Below, one piece after another: positions 9,631-17,974 of a stretch of 35,388 nt of DNA (position 1 is the stretch's first letter; each line of letters starts with the position of its first letter). The notes below the pieces were generated by a model. That model saw only the letters and a list, made by a program, of their open reading frames with translations. It ran no database searches and was not told the origin of the DNA. This DNA comes from Candidatus Bathyarchaeia archaeon (GTDB lineage Archaea > Thermoproteota > Bathyarchaeia > Bathyarchaeales > Bathycorpusculaceae), in contig JBEKKX010000024.1 in NCBI GenBank assembly GCA_050010515.1, forward strand, positions 1 to 35,388, written 5' to 3'. The position numbers and the translations under genes are program-made.

Positions 9631-10473
9631 GTGAAGTTAACGCCTTCTGTCTTAGAAATGGATTTCTCAGAAGCTCAAAAAAGAATTTGCCGCTTTATTA
9701 AAGAGTACGTGGAAAACGCGGGAGCAAAAGGCATAATGCTTGGCCTATCAGGAGGAATCGACAGCGCAACAATAGCAGCACTTTCAAGTCTTGCAATAGG
9801 CGGAGACAATGTGTTAGCTCTTATGCTACCGGAAAAAGAAAACTTTAACCAAAAAGACATCGACGATGCAAAAGTTGTTGCAGACAAATTTAAATTGCAA
9901 ACACAAATCTGTGACATATCAAGTGTTTTAGAATGCTTCTACAAGGGTATTCCAGTGTTTGAGCCAAAAGACAGGCTTTGTAAAGGTAACATTAAAGCAA
10001 GAACTAGAATGGTTTACCTCTACTATTACGGCAACAAGCTTAACAGAATCGTTTGCGGAAGTTCCGACAAATCAGAAACAATGATGGGTTACTTCACTAA
10101 GTGGGGAGACGCCGCAGCTGACATAACGCCAATTATGGATTTATACAAAACGCAAGTCCGCAAACTCGCAATTCATTTAGGAATCCCAGAGGAGCTTGCT
10201 TTAAAACCCTCCACACCGGCGCTTTGGCCAGACCAAACTGCAGAAAACGAACTTGGAATCAAATATGAAACATTAGATCTAATTCTTTATGGGCTGGAGC
10301 GGTTTATGGCTACTGAAGAGATTGCTAATCAACTAATCATTCATAAATCAATTGTAGAAAAAGTTAAGGCCCGATGGCTCGCAAATGAACATAAAAGGAG
10401 AAATCCAATAGCCCCCAAAATTGGGTATAGAACTGTGGGAAATGATTTTAGGCTCCCAAGACATACATATTGA
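9631..10473 (+). CDS. nadE: NAD+ synthetase (synthetase domain only)
   Basis: GLSGGIDS, GNIKARTRM, GYFTKWGD, DLYKTQV and EHKR motifs. Confidence 0.96.
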   Translation: MKLTPSVLEMDFSEAQKRICRFIKEYVENAGAKGIMLGLSGGIDSATIAALSSLAIGGDNVLALMLPEKENFNQKDIDDAKVVADKFKLQTQICDISSVLECFYKGIPVFEPKDRLCKGNIKARTRMVYLYYYGNKLNRIVCGSSDKSETMMGYFTKWGDAAADITPIMDLYKTQVRKLAIHLGIPEELALKPSTPALWPDQTAENELGIKYETLDLILYGLERFMATEEIANQLIIHKSIVEKVKARWLANEHKRRNPIAPKIGYRTVGNDFRLPRHTY

Positions 10474-10486
10474 AAGTGGAAACGAT

Positions 10487-11320
10487 ATGAAAGATAAGAT
10501 AAAACTTGCCCTTGCCCAAATAAGTAGTAAACGTGAAAACAAAGAAGCCAATCTGCAGAAAATAGAAGCATTAACCTTCAAAGCCAAAGAGCAAGGGGCA
10601 GATCTAGCTATTTTTCCTGAGCTTTCATTAACTGGTTACGTGGTTAGGGATCAATTCTATGAGTTGGCTGAAACAATCCCCGGACCAACAGTTGAGAAGG
10701 TGGAGGCGTTGGCAAAGAAGACAGGGATGCATGTTATTTTTGGGATGCCTGAGTTAAGCGAAAAAACACGGGCAACAGTCTTTAACACTGCTGTCTTTGT
10801 TGGTCCCGAGGGTTTAATCGGTAAATACCGTAAAATGTATTTGCCAACCCACAGCGTGTTTGAAGAGAAAAGGTATTTCCGTCCAGGTTATCAAACAGCC
10901 GCGTTTCAAACGGATTTGGGCAACATTGGTTTATGCATTTGCTATGACCTTTTCTTTCCTGAAGTGCTCAGGCTTATACGTTTGAAGGGTGCACAATTAA
11001 TCGTTTGTATATCTGCATCTCCAGCGGTGCGTAGGAGTTACTTTGAAATTTTAACTTGCGCCAGGGCACTGGAAAACACTGCTTACCTCGCTTACGTGAA
11101 CCTGGCCGGGGTTGAAGATGGCTTGCAATTCTGGGGAGGAAGCAGACTGGTTAGCCCAGCTGGTGATGTTCTTGCAAAAGCAAAATACGATGAAGAGGAC
11201 TTTGTCACCTGTGAAGTAGATTACAGTGACCTAAGAACGGCAGAGACTTTCATTCCTACCTTAAAGGATTTGCGGCCTGAACTTTTTGATAAATTAAAAG
11301 AGTACTCAGAACTTCTTTAA
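10487..11320 (+). CDS. Nitrilase / carbon-nitrogen hydrolase, probable glutaminase partner of NadE
   Basis: Glu-Lys-Cys triad motifs FPEL, YRK, ICYD; ATG at 10487, 13 bp after the nadE stop, preferred over the overlapping ORF-track start. Confidence 0.9.
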   Translation: MKDKIKLALAQISSKRENKEANLQKIEALTFKAKEQGADLAIFPELSLTGYVVRDQFYELAETIPGPTVEKVEALAKKTGMHVIFGMPELSEKTRATVFNTAVFVGPEGLIGKYRKMYLPTHSVFEEKRYFRPGYQTAAFQTDLGNIGLCICYDLFFPEVLRLIRLKGAQLIVCISASPAVRRSYFEILTCARALENTAYLAYVNLAGVEDGLQFWGGSRLVSPAGDVLAKAKYDEEDFVTCEVDYSDLRTAETFIPTLKDLRPELFDKLKEYSELL

Positions 11321-11364
11321 GCAGGAATGTAAACGGCAGCCATTGAGAAAGATAGCGGCAAGGC

Positions 11365-11477
11365 AAATCACAAAAACATCACAAGCTCATCAAAACCCGT
11401 GATATCAAGTGACTTAATTGTAAATCACTGTGATTTCAACGTGATAGATGACGTCACGCTCCCCCTATTAACGTCAC
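11365..11477. repeat. Repeat array A: nine GTGAY/RTCAC copies with palindromes
   Basis: Copies at 11367, 11378, 11399, 11409, 11424, 11430, 11441, 11453, 11473; palindromes AAATCAC-T-GTGATTT (11422-11436) and TGACGTCA (11449-11456). Confidence 0.8.
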
Positions 11478-11794
11478 ACGCTTAACGCAGGGTATAAAAA
11501 AGGTAAGTTGTTAAAGATTACCAAAAGAAGTGCACAACGATAGTAAAGGGAACGTAAAATTGCCAACTAAAGCAGGAATATTGGGCAAGAAAGCTTTTGT
11601 AAAACTACATTTTTTATTTAAAATTTAAGATAAAGCTCGCGCCAGATATTCAATAATTTTGCCATTTATCTGTTAATTTCACTCTTTATCCCTTTAATCG
11701 GGAAAAGGAAGACGTATTTACTTTATTTTGTTGTTTAATTCATTTTTTGGCTTTATTAGTTACGGCTAACTGGTGCATTCTTACTTGGATAAGA

Positions 11795-11805
11795 CTTAAA
11801 AAGTC
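11795..11805 (+). promoter_or_regulatory. TATA-like element CTTAAAAAGTC upstream of the 11857 gene
   Basis: TATA-like sequence about 50 bp before the start; an identical 11-mer lies upstream of the next gene. Confidence 0.5.
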
Positions 11806-11856
11806 GACTCAGTATACAAAAGCGTATCCATTCATATAGTTGAGGAGACAAGGAGT

Positions 11857-12327
11857 TTGAAGCTAAAAGACGGCGTTCAAGCCTGGTTAAACGGGGCATT
11901 AAACGACCCCATTGTGCAAATATTGGCTAAAAACAGCCAATTAACCAGAACCCAGCTTGAAACACTGTTAATCGACATTTTAGCCGAGAATATTTCAGGA
12001 AAACAGCTAAAGTACGATGAAAAAGCCAGTTTAAGGCTAACCAAGGCTAAAATAAGCCGCGGATCCTTCAACAGGACGTTAAAACAGTCTAAAGAAAACG
12101 TGATAAAATCGATCTATACGATACTACTTTTAGGGTATTTAGGTGTGTTTGACAGCACAACTCTTGACCCATATCTCGAAATAGCCAATAAACTGCACGA
12201 ATATGTGGAGGCACACCAAGAGACTCCCGACAAAGAAGAGGAGCTAAAAGACCATCTAAAAGTCATAGAAATCATACGGGAAGAGCTTGAAACGAGCCTA
12301 AAACGGCTGTCTAGTCCATCAGAATAG
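11857..12327 (+). CDS. Uncharacterised helix-turn-helix protein (Tfx / sigma region 4-like pattern)
   Basis: 156 aa; SQLTRTQLETL...ISRGSFNRTLKQSKENV resembles Tfx-type HTH; hydrophobic helix IYTILLLGYLGVF; purine-rich SD-like AGGAG before TTG. Confidence 0.7.
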   Translation: MKLKDGVQAWLNGALNDPIVQILAKNSQLTRTQLETLLIDILAENISGKQLKYDEKASLRLTKAKISRGSFNRTLKQSKENVIKSIYTILLLGYLGVFDSTTLDPYLEIANKLHEYVEAHQETPDKEEELKDHLKVIEIIREELETSLKRLSSPSE

Positions 12328-12330
12328 CCC

Positions 12331-12605
12331 TTGTGACGTCACAAATCACAGATTAAATCAACGATTTTTTAACCAGCAAAGCGAGGCAATAAAGCCAAAA
12401 TATAAGCGCCACTATCAAGCCTTAAAGTTCAAAATAAGCTCAAATCAAGGATATCTCAGCAATCCATTTGTAAGGGGGTACTGCCATGAGAGGAACTGTG
12501 ACCTGTGATATCATAGTAACCATCCGCCGACATCACCGCAAACCTTAAAAAGTCCATGGATATCTGTGATGTGTGATGCAACCGATTAAATCACGCATAA
12601 ATCAC
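12331..12605. repeat. Repeat array B: ten GTGAY/RTCAC copies including a perfect 14-bp palindrome
   Basis: TTGTGACGTCACAA at 12331-12344; copies at 12333, 12338, 12345, 12498, 12505, 12532, 12566, 12573, 12590, 12601. Confidence 0.8.
12544..12554 (+). promoter_or_regulatory. TATA-like element CTTAAAAAGTC upstream of the 12620 gene
   Basis: Identical to 11795-11805; embedded among the array B repeats. Confidence 0.5.
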
Positions 12606-12619
12606 AGGGATGGAAAATC

Positions 12620-13345
12620 ATGGTTGACTTTGTAACGGTACTCTTAGGCGTTTTGCTGGCGGCCACAGTTGCATCGGCAGTTGAGTATTATAGGCAAATA
12701 CGTAATGCACAAAAAGAGTATCAGAAAGCCAAGGGTATTGTCGAAGACATTGTTCTTAGTTTTAACCGAGAGCTCAAGCGTGAAGCCGACAAATTAGACT
12801 TAATCGCTTTCAAAATAGAGGGAAACTTGGCTAAAGCGGATACAAGCCTAAAAAAAGCAGACACCTTAGAAAAAAGGATGGCGCCTATAGAAAATCAAAT
12901 TGGTACTATTTCACAGACAGTTTCACAGAGTAGTACCAACATTCTTTCAGGATTAACAGATTTAGAATTGAAGATCAAAGATATTGAAGCGTCACAAGAG
13001 ACATTAAAGGTAAAGATAGTAGGTTTTGAAGAGCAAATTCAAAAGTTCAATGTTACTCCAGAAATTAGTGAAGCCGTCATACCCATTAAACGTGATAAGG
13101 CAATGGCTGCGTTAACAGATACAGAAATCGCAGTACTGGAAATGTTATCTTCAGAGGGGCCCAAGACAGCGCCAGGGATCAAAGCCAGAGTTAAGCTTAG
13201 CAGAGAACACACAGCAAGACTAATGAAGAAACTCTATGAAGAAGGATACTTAGAAAGGGAAGTAGGCAAAATACCATTCAGGTACACTATCAAAAAAGAG
13301 ATGGAAAAGATGCTAAAGAAACCCGAAAATAGTCAGCCAACATAA
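12620..13345 (+). CDS. Membrane-anchored coiled-coil protein with C-terminal winged-helix DNA-binding domain
   Basis: 241 aa; N-terminal hydrophobic helix FVTVLLGVLLAATVASAV; heptad-rich middle; C-terminal LTDTEIAVLEML...LSREHTARLMKKLYEEGYLER...PFRYTI (MarR-like wHTH). Confidence 0.8.
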   Translation: MVDFVTVLLGVLLAATVASAVEYYRQIRNAQKEYQKAKGIVEDIVLSFNRELKREADKLDLIAFKIEGNLAKADTSLKKADTLEKRMAPIENQIGTISQTVSQSSTNILSGLTDLELKIKDIEASQETLKVKIVGFEEQIQKFNVTPEISEAVIPIKRDKAMAALTDTEIAVLEMLSSEGPKTAPGIKARVKLSREHTARLMKKLYEEGYLEREVGKIPFRYTIKKEMEKMLKKPENSQPT

Positions 13346-13665
13346 AGCTACAAAGAAGGCTTCTCTTGACCGTTCAACCGTTTCAGACGCTCATCTATCT
13401 CGCGTTAGTTTCGGTGAATCAGGAAGCCCATAATTCAACCTTGCTACACTTATCGAGGTACTCTGGATAATGCATTGAATTGATTTTCTTCTCTTACTTG
13501 ACTTCCAAGAGCTATTCTGCCTTTATCAATATAGCATTAAGCCTATGTTCCCTTCCAACGCGATCTACTTCTTTACTCCTACCCAATTGTACTCTACCTA
13601 AATACTCGCAAATTAATCCTTAGATACTAAATTTATTTTATGCTTGCGTAACTTAGCAGCCTAAG

Positions 13666-14094
13666 TCACTTTATTCTTTGCTTTATGGTTGCCTGAGAAA
13701 TGTTTGCAGTTTTATACTTTAAATTATTTGATCCACCAGTCCTTAAAAGTATACCTTTACTTGTCATCCTAGAAAGATAGGTTGAAACGGTACTAAGACT
13801 AACTGGCTCCTTAAGCTCCTGCTCATAAACGGACTGGATATCCTTTGAAGAAAACCAAATCAACGGAAAACTTTTCTGAATCACTAACTGAACTTTTTCA
13901 AAACGTGAAAGCATGCGATTTTGTAAAGAAGCACCTGTGCCTACGGTCGGACCCTCGCCCGGTGCACCGCCTAGCAATTCAACAAGATCTAAGAGCCGTA
14001 GAGCTTTATCGCGGGTTACTTGACCCTCGAAAGCAATAGTATATCGATTACCATCGCTATCGAACAGCTCAACGCGTATTTTACGAGCCGGCAT
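13666..14094 (-). CDS. Uncharacterised origin-adjacent protein: small N-terminal beta-beta-alpha domain, Gly-rich linker, C-terminal winged helix
   Basis: ATG at 14094 (MPARKIRVEL) preferred; C-terminal FSSKDIQSVYEQ...SLSTVSTYLSRMTSKGILLR is a wHTH pattern; divergent from cdc6 across oriC. Confidence 0.75.
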   Translation of the reverse strand: MPARKIRVELFDSDGNRYTIAFEGQVTRDKALRLLDLVELLGGAPGEGPTVGTGASLQNRMLSRFEKVQLVIQKSFPLIWFSSKDIQSVYEQELKEPVSLSTVSTYLSRMTSKGILLRTGGSNNLKYKTANISQATIKQRIK

Positions 14095-14116
14095 TTGGTG
14101 TGCACCACAAGGGCTG

Positions 14117-14416
14117 TTCACAGCTTTACACTTCACAGCTTATAGCTGTTATGGTGAAGGCTGAAAAGTAGAAAAGGCAATAGACAGCTTATTATTACGA
14201 AAACGCCACAATTTTCATTCTGTTCGGCATAACAAGCTTCACAATAAATCAGAATGACTGGAAAATTAAAGTTATTGCTTGATTCCGCTTTTCCAGTAGA
14301 AGCGTAGGGGTGGCTTGTTCACAGTAAAGAGACAAAAAAAATGTAATATGAAGCAAAAGCAAATAGATTAAGCGGCAAATTTAATGATATTTGACATGTA
14401 TTCACAATTTTGTGAA
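14117..14416. repeat. TTCAC/GTGAA repeats at the left edge of oriC
   Basis: TTCACAGCTT direct repeat at 14117 and 14132; GTGAA 14154; TTCACA 14238 and 14318; palindrome TTCACAA-TT-TTGTGAA 14401-14416. Confidence 0.6.
14291..14311 (+). promoter_or_regulatory. ORB element 1
   Basis: TTCCAGTAGAAGCGTAGGGGT matches the ORB consensus TTCCAGTGGAAAC...GGGG. Confidence 0.85.
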
Positions 14417-14549
14417 CGAAATTTAGAACCGCCAAAAACAAAACTCTCGAAAGGTTACTTAACTTAGAATCTCATGAGGTTATTTCTAATAAAATTTTGT
14501 CTCCATACTCATAAAGATAATTTGTCATGTTAAAAATCATCAGACAGGC

Positions 14550-14570
14550 ACCCCTATGTTTCCTGTCGAA
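14550..14570 (-). promoter_or_regulatory. ORB element 2 (inverted)
   Basis: Reverse complement reads TTCGACAGGAAACATAGGGGT. Confidence 0.82.
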
Positions 14571-14735
14571 GCCTTCAAGCAAAAAAGGAGTAAAGAAAAC
14601 ACAAGAAAAACATTTGCAGCAATTTTATCTAAAAACTTTGATAACAATTATTAATATAAAGAATTATTACTTAACTATCAGAGTATATTATCTAATTATA
14701 CTAAATAGACAATTTTGCATTAACCCAAGAATTTT

Positions 14736-14756
14736 TTCCAGTAGAAACTTTGGGGT
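14736..14756 (+). promoter_or_regulatory. ORB element 3
   Basis: TTCCAGTAGAAACTTTGGGGT. Confidence 0.9.
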
Positions 14757-14904
14757 GTGCCTTGTTCTCAATTTGCCTATTTGTTATCTGATGTTTTCAT
14801 TGTTCTTTAGGATAATTGTGCTTTAAAACCATTTTTTTGTACTACATCCTTTATCTGTTCCACAAGAAATAACGGTTGAACCTCTGAAAACGAGGGGATA
14901 GGTA

Positions 14905-16146
14905 ATGGGAAATCCAAACATATTAGACGATGTATTCGAAAGCTTCGTTAATGGAGTTCGGCTGTTTAAGGACAGAGAAGTTCTGAGGACCGATTATCTT
15001 CCTGAAAAATTACCACACAGAGAGGAACAAATAAAATTATTAGGACAAACTGTTGCGCCAGTCCTAAAGGATGCGAGATGCTCTAACATTTTTATTTATG
15101 GAAAAACTGGAACCGGAAAGACCGCGGTAACAAAATACGTATTAAGTCATCTAGAATCTAAGGCAAAGGAGTATGGTGCACCCGTAAAATTTTGTTACAT
15201 AAATTGCCGAATGACTGGTTCAGAATACCGAGTTTTCGCAAGTCTAAGCCAAAACCTTGGTATGGCTATACCTTTTACAGGCTTATCTGTTGGTGAAGTG
15301 TTTGATAGGTTCAGAGCAGGTTTAGATTCTTCTAGAATAATTTTCATAATAATTCTCGATGAAATTGATGCCCTGATCAAAGACCGCGGAGACGCTTTTA
15401 TGTACGAATTAACAAGGATAAATGAAACTCTAAGTAAGAGCAAAGTTTCGATAATAGGCATATCAAACGACCTACGCTTGAAGGAATTTTTGGATCCTAG
15501 AGTTTTTAGTTCTCTTAGCGAAGAAGAACTAGTTTTCAGGCCATATGACGCAGCTGAACTTCGAAACATTCTTCTTGAACGTTCAAAATTATCTTTCCAC
15601 GAAGGAGTTTTGTCTGATTCAGCATTAAATATTTGCTCAGCTTTGGCTGCTGCAGAACATGGCGATGCGAGGCGAGCTTTGGATTTGTTGCGTGTCGCTG
15701 GAGAAGTTGCTGAGCGACAAGGCGCTAAGTTGATTACAGAAGAGCATGTACGTCAAGCAGAAAAGCATATTGAACACAACCGAGTGGTTGAAGCGCTCAA
15801 AAATTTAACATTGCATTCAAAACTGGTGCTTCTTAGCGTCTATCACTTGAACAAGCCAAGTGCTACTACAGGCGAAATATACGATGTTTACAATGAACTG
15901 TGCGGCGAAATGGGTGCTGGCCTTCTGACACAACGTCGATTAGGCACGCTAATTAACGAGCTTGATTCCATGGGACTTGTGAACGCGAAAGTTGTAAGTA
16001 TGGGGCGGTATGGCAGAACCAAAAAAATCAGGCTTGAAATTTCAAGAAGCCTCATAAAGGATGTATTTGGCAGTGATAACAGATTTGGCAGCTTACTCGA
16101 TTATTCCCTGCAATCCTCGCATAAAGGATCAAGTGATACTAGCTAA
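14905..16146 (+). CDS. cdc6: Orc1/Cdc6 replication initiator
   Basis: Walker A GKTGTGKT, Walker B IILDEID, GDARRALDLL, C-terminal wHTH with SMGRYGRT. Confidence 0.98.
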   Translation: MGNPNILDDVFESFVNGVRLFKDREVLRTDYLPEKLPHREEQIKLLGQTVAPVLKDARCSNIFIYGKTGTGKTAVTKYVLSHLESKAKEYGAPVKFCYINCRMTGSEYRVFASLSQNLGMAIPFTGLSVGEVFDRFRAGLDSSRIIFIIILDEIDALIKDRGDAFMYELTRINETLSKSKVSIIGISNDLRLKEFLDPRVFSSLSEEELVFRPYDAAELRNILLERSKLSFHEGVLSDSALNICSALAAAEHGDARRALDLLRVAGEVAERQGAKLITEEHVRQAEKHIEHNRVVEALKNLTLHSKLVLLSVYHLNKPSATTGEIYDVYNELCGEMGAGLLTQRRLGTLINELDSMGLVNAKVVSMGRYGRTKKIRLEISRSLIKDVFGSDNRFGSLLDYSLQSSHKGSSDTS

Positions 16147-16160
16147 AAACCGCTGGAAAA

Positions 16161-17720
16161 TTAGTTAAATGAGAGAATAGTAGTCTCCAACGTTTGCAAG
16201 TTTACTACTGGAACTTTTCCCGGTGTAGGAACCAACCCTAATTTCTCCATGTAATCAGTCTGTTCTTGCCAACCGCCTGAATTCACAACCAGCACTCCAC
16301 GATAATTGCAGTAACCTAAAACGTGAATATGCCCGGCATGAAAGATGTCTGGAACCCTATCGATAACTAGGTAATCACGGTTTTCTGGGGACAACATGGT
16401 TTTTCCACCGTATACTGGAGCTAAGTGGCGGCTTTGCATAAGTAGCCTCATTGCCTTTTCTGGGTGCTCATGATCCATTCCAGGTATAACCGCGATAATA
16501 TCATCTAAACTGCGACCATGATACATTAAAACTTCTACACCATGTAGACTTAACAGGCATGGGCTCCCAACAGAATGAATGTTCTTTTTACCTTGCATTC
16601 CAATCAAATAGCCTTCAGGTATGGCAGGCTGGGGTAAAGCTTTGCGTGACGCATCATGATTACCTGGGGAAATAATTATTTCAATATATTCAGGGATTTT
16701 TTCCAGATATTTCGCAGCAAAATTGTATTGTTTATGAACATCTCGTATGGATAGTTCTTTTGCTTGGTTGGGGTAAACTCCAACTCCGTCAACAATGTCG
16801 CCTGCGATTAATACGTATTTTACTCTGCTTGCTATTTCCTTCATTTGCTCGTTTCCATATTTTCCCTTAAGCCAAAGTATGAATCGTTTGAATGCTTCTT
16901 TTTGGAATTTGGTGCTGCCAATGTGAAGGTCTGATGTTAAGACAGCGTAAACTGGTTCTTGGGCTCTTTGTTGGGTTTTTCTACCTATTTCAGGGAAAAT
17001 TATATCCTCAGCTAGGAAAAGGTTACTTCTTGTTTTTATCACTGCCAAGCATACTACCTGGTCCTGCAAAAGAAGGAGCGCTTTTTTGCGGACTTCTTCT
17101 GGTGCTTTTTGAGGCACTAAGACAGTTGTGCTTCCTTGCAAGTCTTCAACTGATAGTATCATTTGGTTTTTTGATTCTCTTTTTTCTGTTATCATACAGA
17201 TTATTTTGAGTTTTGTTTTAGCTGGTGATTTGAGTGCTTCTAGTATTGGTGTTGCAGCTTTAACGTCGATTCTTTGTCTTAGCAAGCGTTCGATTCGTTT
17301 AAACCTGTCCTGGAAATATTCCAGATATTCTTCAAGGGTGCCGTTGGAGCTAAGTTTGCATGTTGAATCTTCCAGAATGTTAATGTTTGCTTTTATGTCC
17401 TTGGCGTAGGGATAAAAAGTGCTTTCGACTGTACTTATTTGCTGTGGTGCTGGTGGCTCTACGGCGTTTTGCTGTTGCTGAGGCTGTGTTTCTGTGGCGG
17501 GTGCTGTTAGCTGTTGCACCAAGGTTTCTAAGAATACTTTGTCTATAAAGAACGGTTTTTCTTGCAAGCCGGCTATCCTTTGAAGTGCTAAGTTTATAAT
17601 GCCAACTGGATCGGTTGTGTCTGAGTTTTGGCTTAAGAATTCAAAGGCTTCGCTGTTTAGTTGGTATCCTGCTGCGATTGTTGCTTCGATTGCTTTTTGT
17701 AGTTTTTCTTTTTCGCTCAT
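16161..17720 (-). CDS. polB: DNA polymerase D small subunit DP1 (proofreading exonuclease)
   Basis: OB fold plus metallophosphoesterase motifs SDLHIGS, AGDIVDG, PGNHD, YHG, HLAP, GHIH. Confidence 0.97.
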   Translation of the reverse strand: MSEKEKLQKAIEATIAAGYQLNSEAFEFLSQNSDTTDPVGIINLALQRIAGLQEKPFFIDKVFLETLVQQLTAPATETQPQQQQNAVEPPAPQQISTVESTFYPYAKDIKANINILEDSTCKLSSNGTLEEYLEYFQDRFKRIERLLRQRIDVKAATPILEALKSPAKTKLKIICMITEKRESKNQMILSVEDLQGSTTVLVPQKAPEEVRKKALLLLQDQVVCLAVIKTRSNLFLAEDIIFPEIGRKTQQRAQEPVYAVLTSDLHIGSTKFQKEAFKRFILWLKGKYGNEQMKEIASRVKYVLIAGDIVDGVGVYPNQAKELSIRDVHKQYNFAAKYLEKIPEYIEIIISPGNHDASRKALPQPAIPEGYLIGMQGKKNIHSVGSPCLLSLHGVEVLMYHGRSLDDIIAVIPGMDHEHPEKAMRLLMQSRHLAPVYGGKTMLSPENRDYLVIDRVPDIFHAGHIHVLGYCNYRGVLVVNSGGWQEQTDYMEKLGLVPTPGKVPVVNLQTLETTILSFN

Positions 17721-17974
17721 TTTGATCGTGTTCTTGTTAGCAAGTGGGTGAGTGCATGCTTTATGTTTAGGCTCTTATGCTTTTGCGTTATTTACTGTTT
17801 TTTGTTTGCAGAATAAATTTTTGAAGTTTAAGGGTTCTGTTGATTTTATTGGTGAAGTATGCTAGCGTTTACTGTAGCGTTGATTACGTATTAATCGTTA
17901 ATTATTCAAAATCAACTTAGTTTATATAAACGATCTATAGTTTAGATATGTTATATCTCGTCTGGGGTACTATT

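Larger units (their letters stand above)
14291..14897. other. Chromosomal replication origin (oriC) with ORB boxes and AT-rich unwinding tracts
   Basis: About 800 bp non-coding region directly upstream of cdc6; three full ORBs, mini-ORB TTCCACAAGAAAT 14858-14870, degenerate ORB 14879-14897, strongly AT-rich 14620-14720. Confidence 0.92.

Noticed and set aside
12462-12479. TCCATTTGTAAGGGGG as a further ORB / second origin
   Set aside because: Lacks the GAAA half-site and correct spacing; too weak to call.
11365-12605. Repeat arrays as CRISPR or transposon ends
   Set aside because: Units are 5-14 bp and irregular, with no 25-40 bp repeat-spacer pattern, no cas or transposase gene and no terminal repeats.
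13346-13665. 320 bp gap between convergent genes as ncRNA or small gene
   Set aside because: Only a 24-codon minus-strand ORF; no recognisable RNA structure or box motifs.
14527-14826. 99 aa ORF inside the origin
   Set aside because: Overlaps ORB2, ORB3 and the AT-rich tract; composition reflects AT-rich non-coding DNA.
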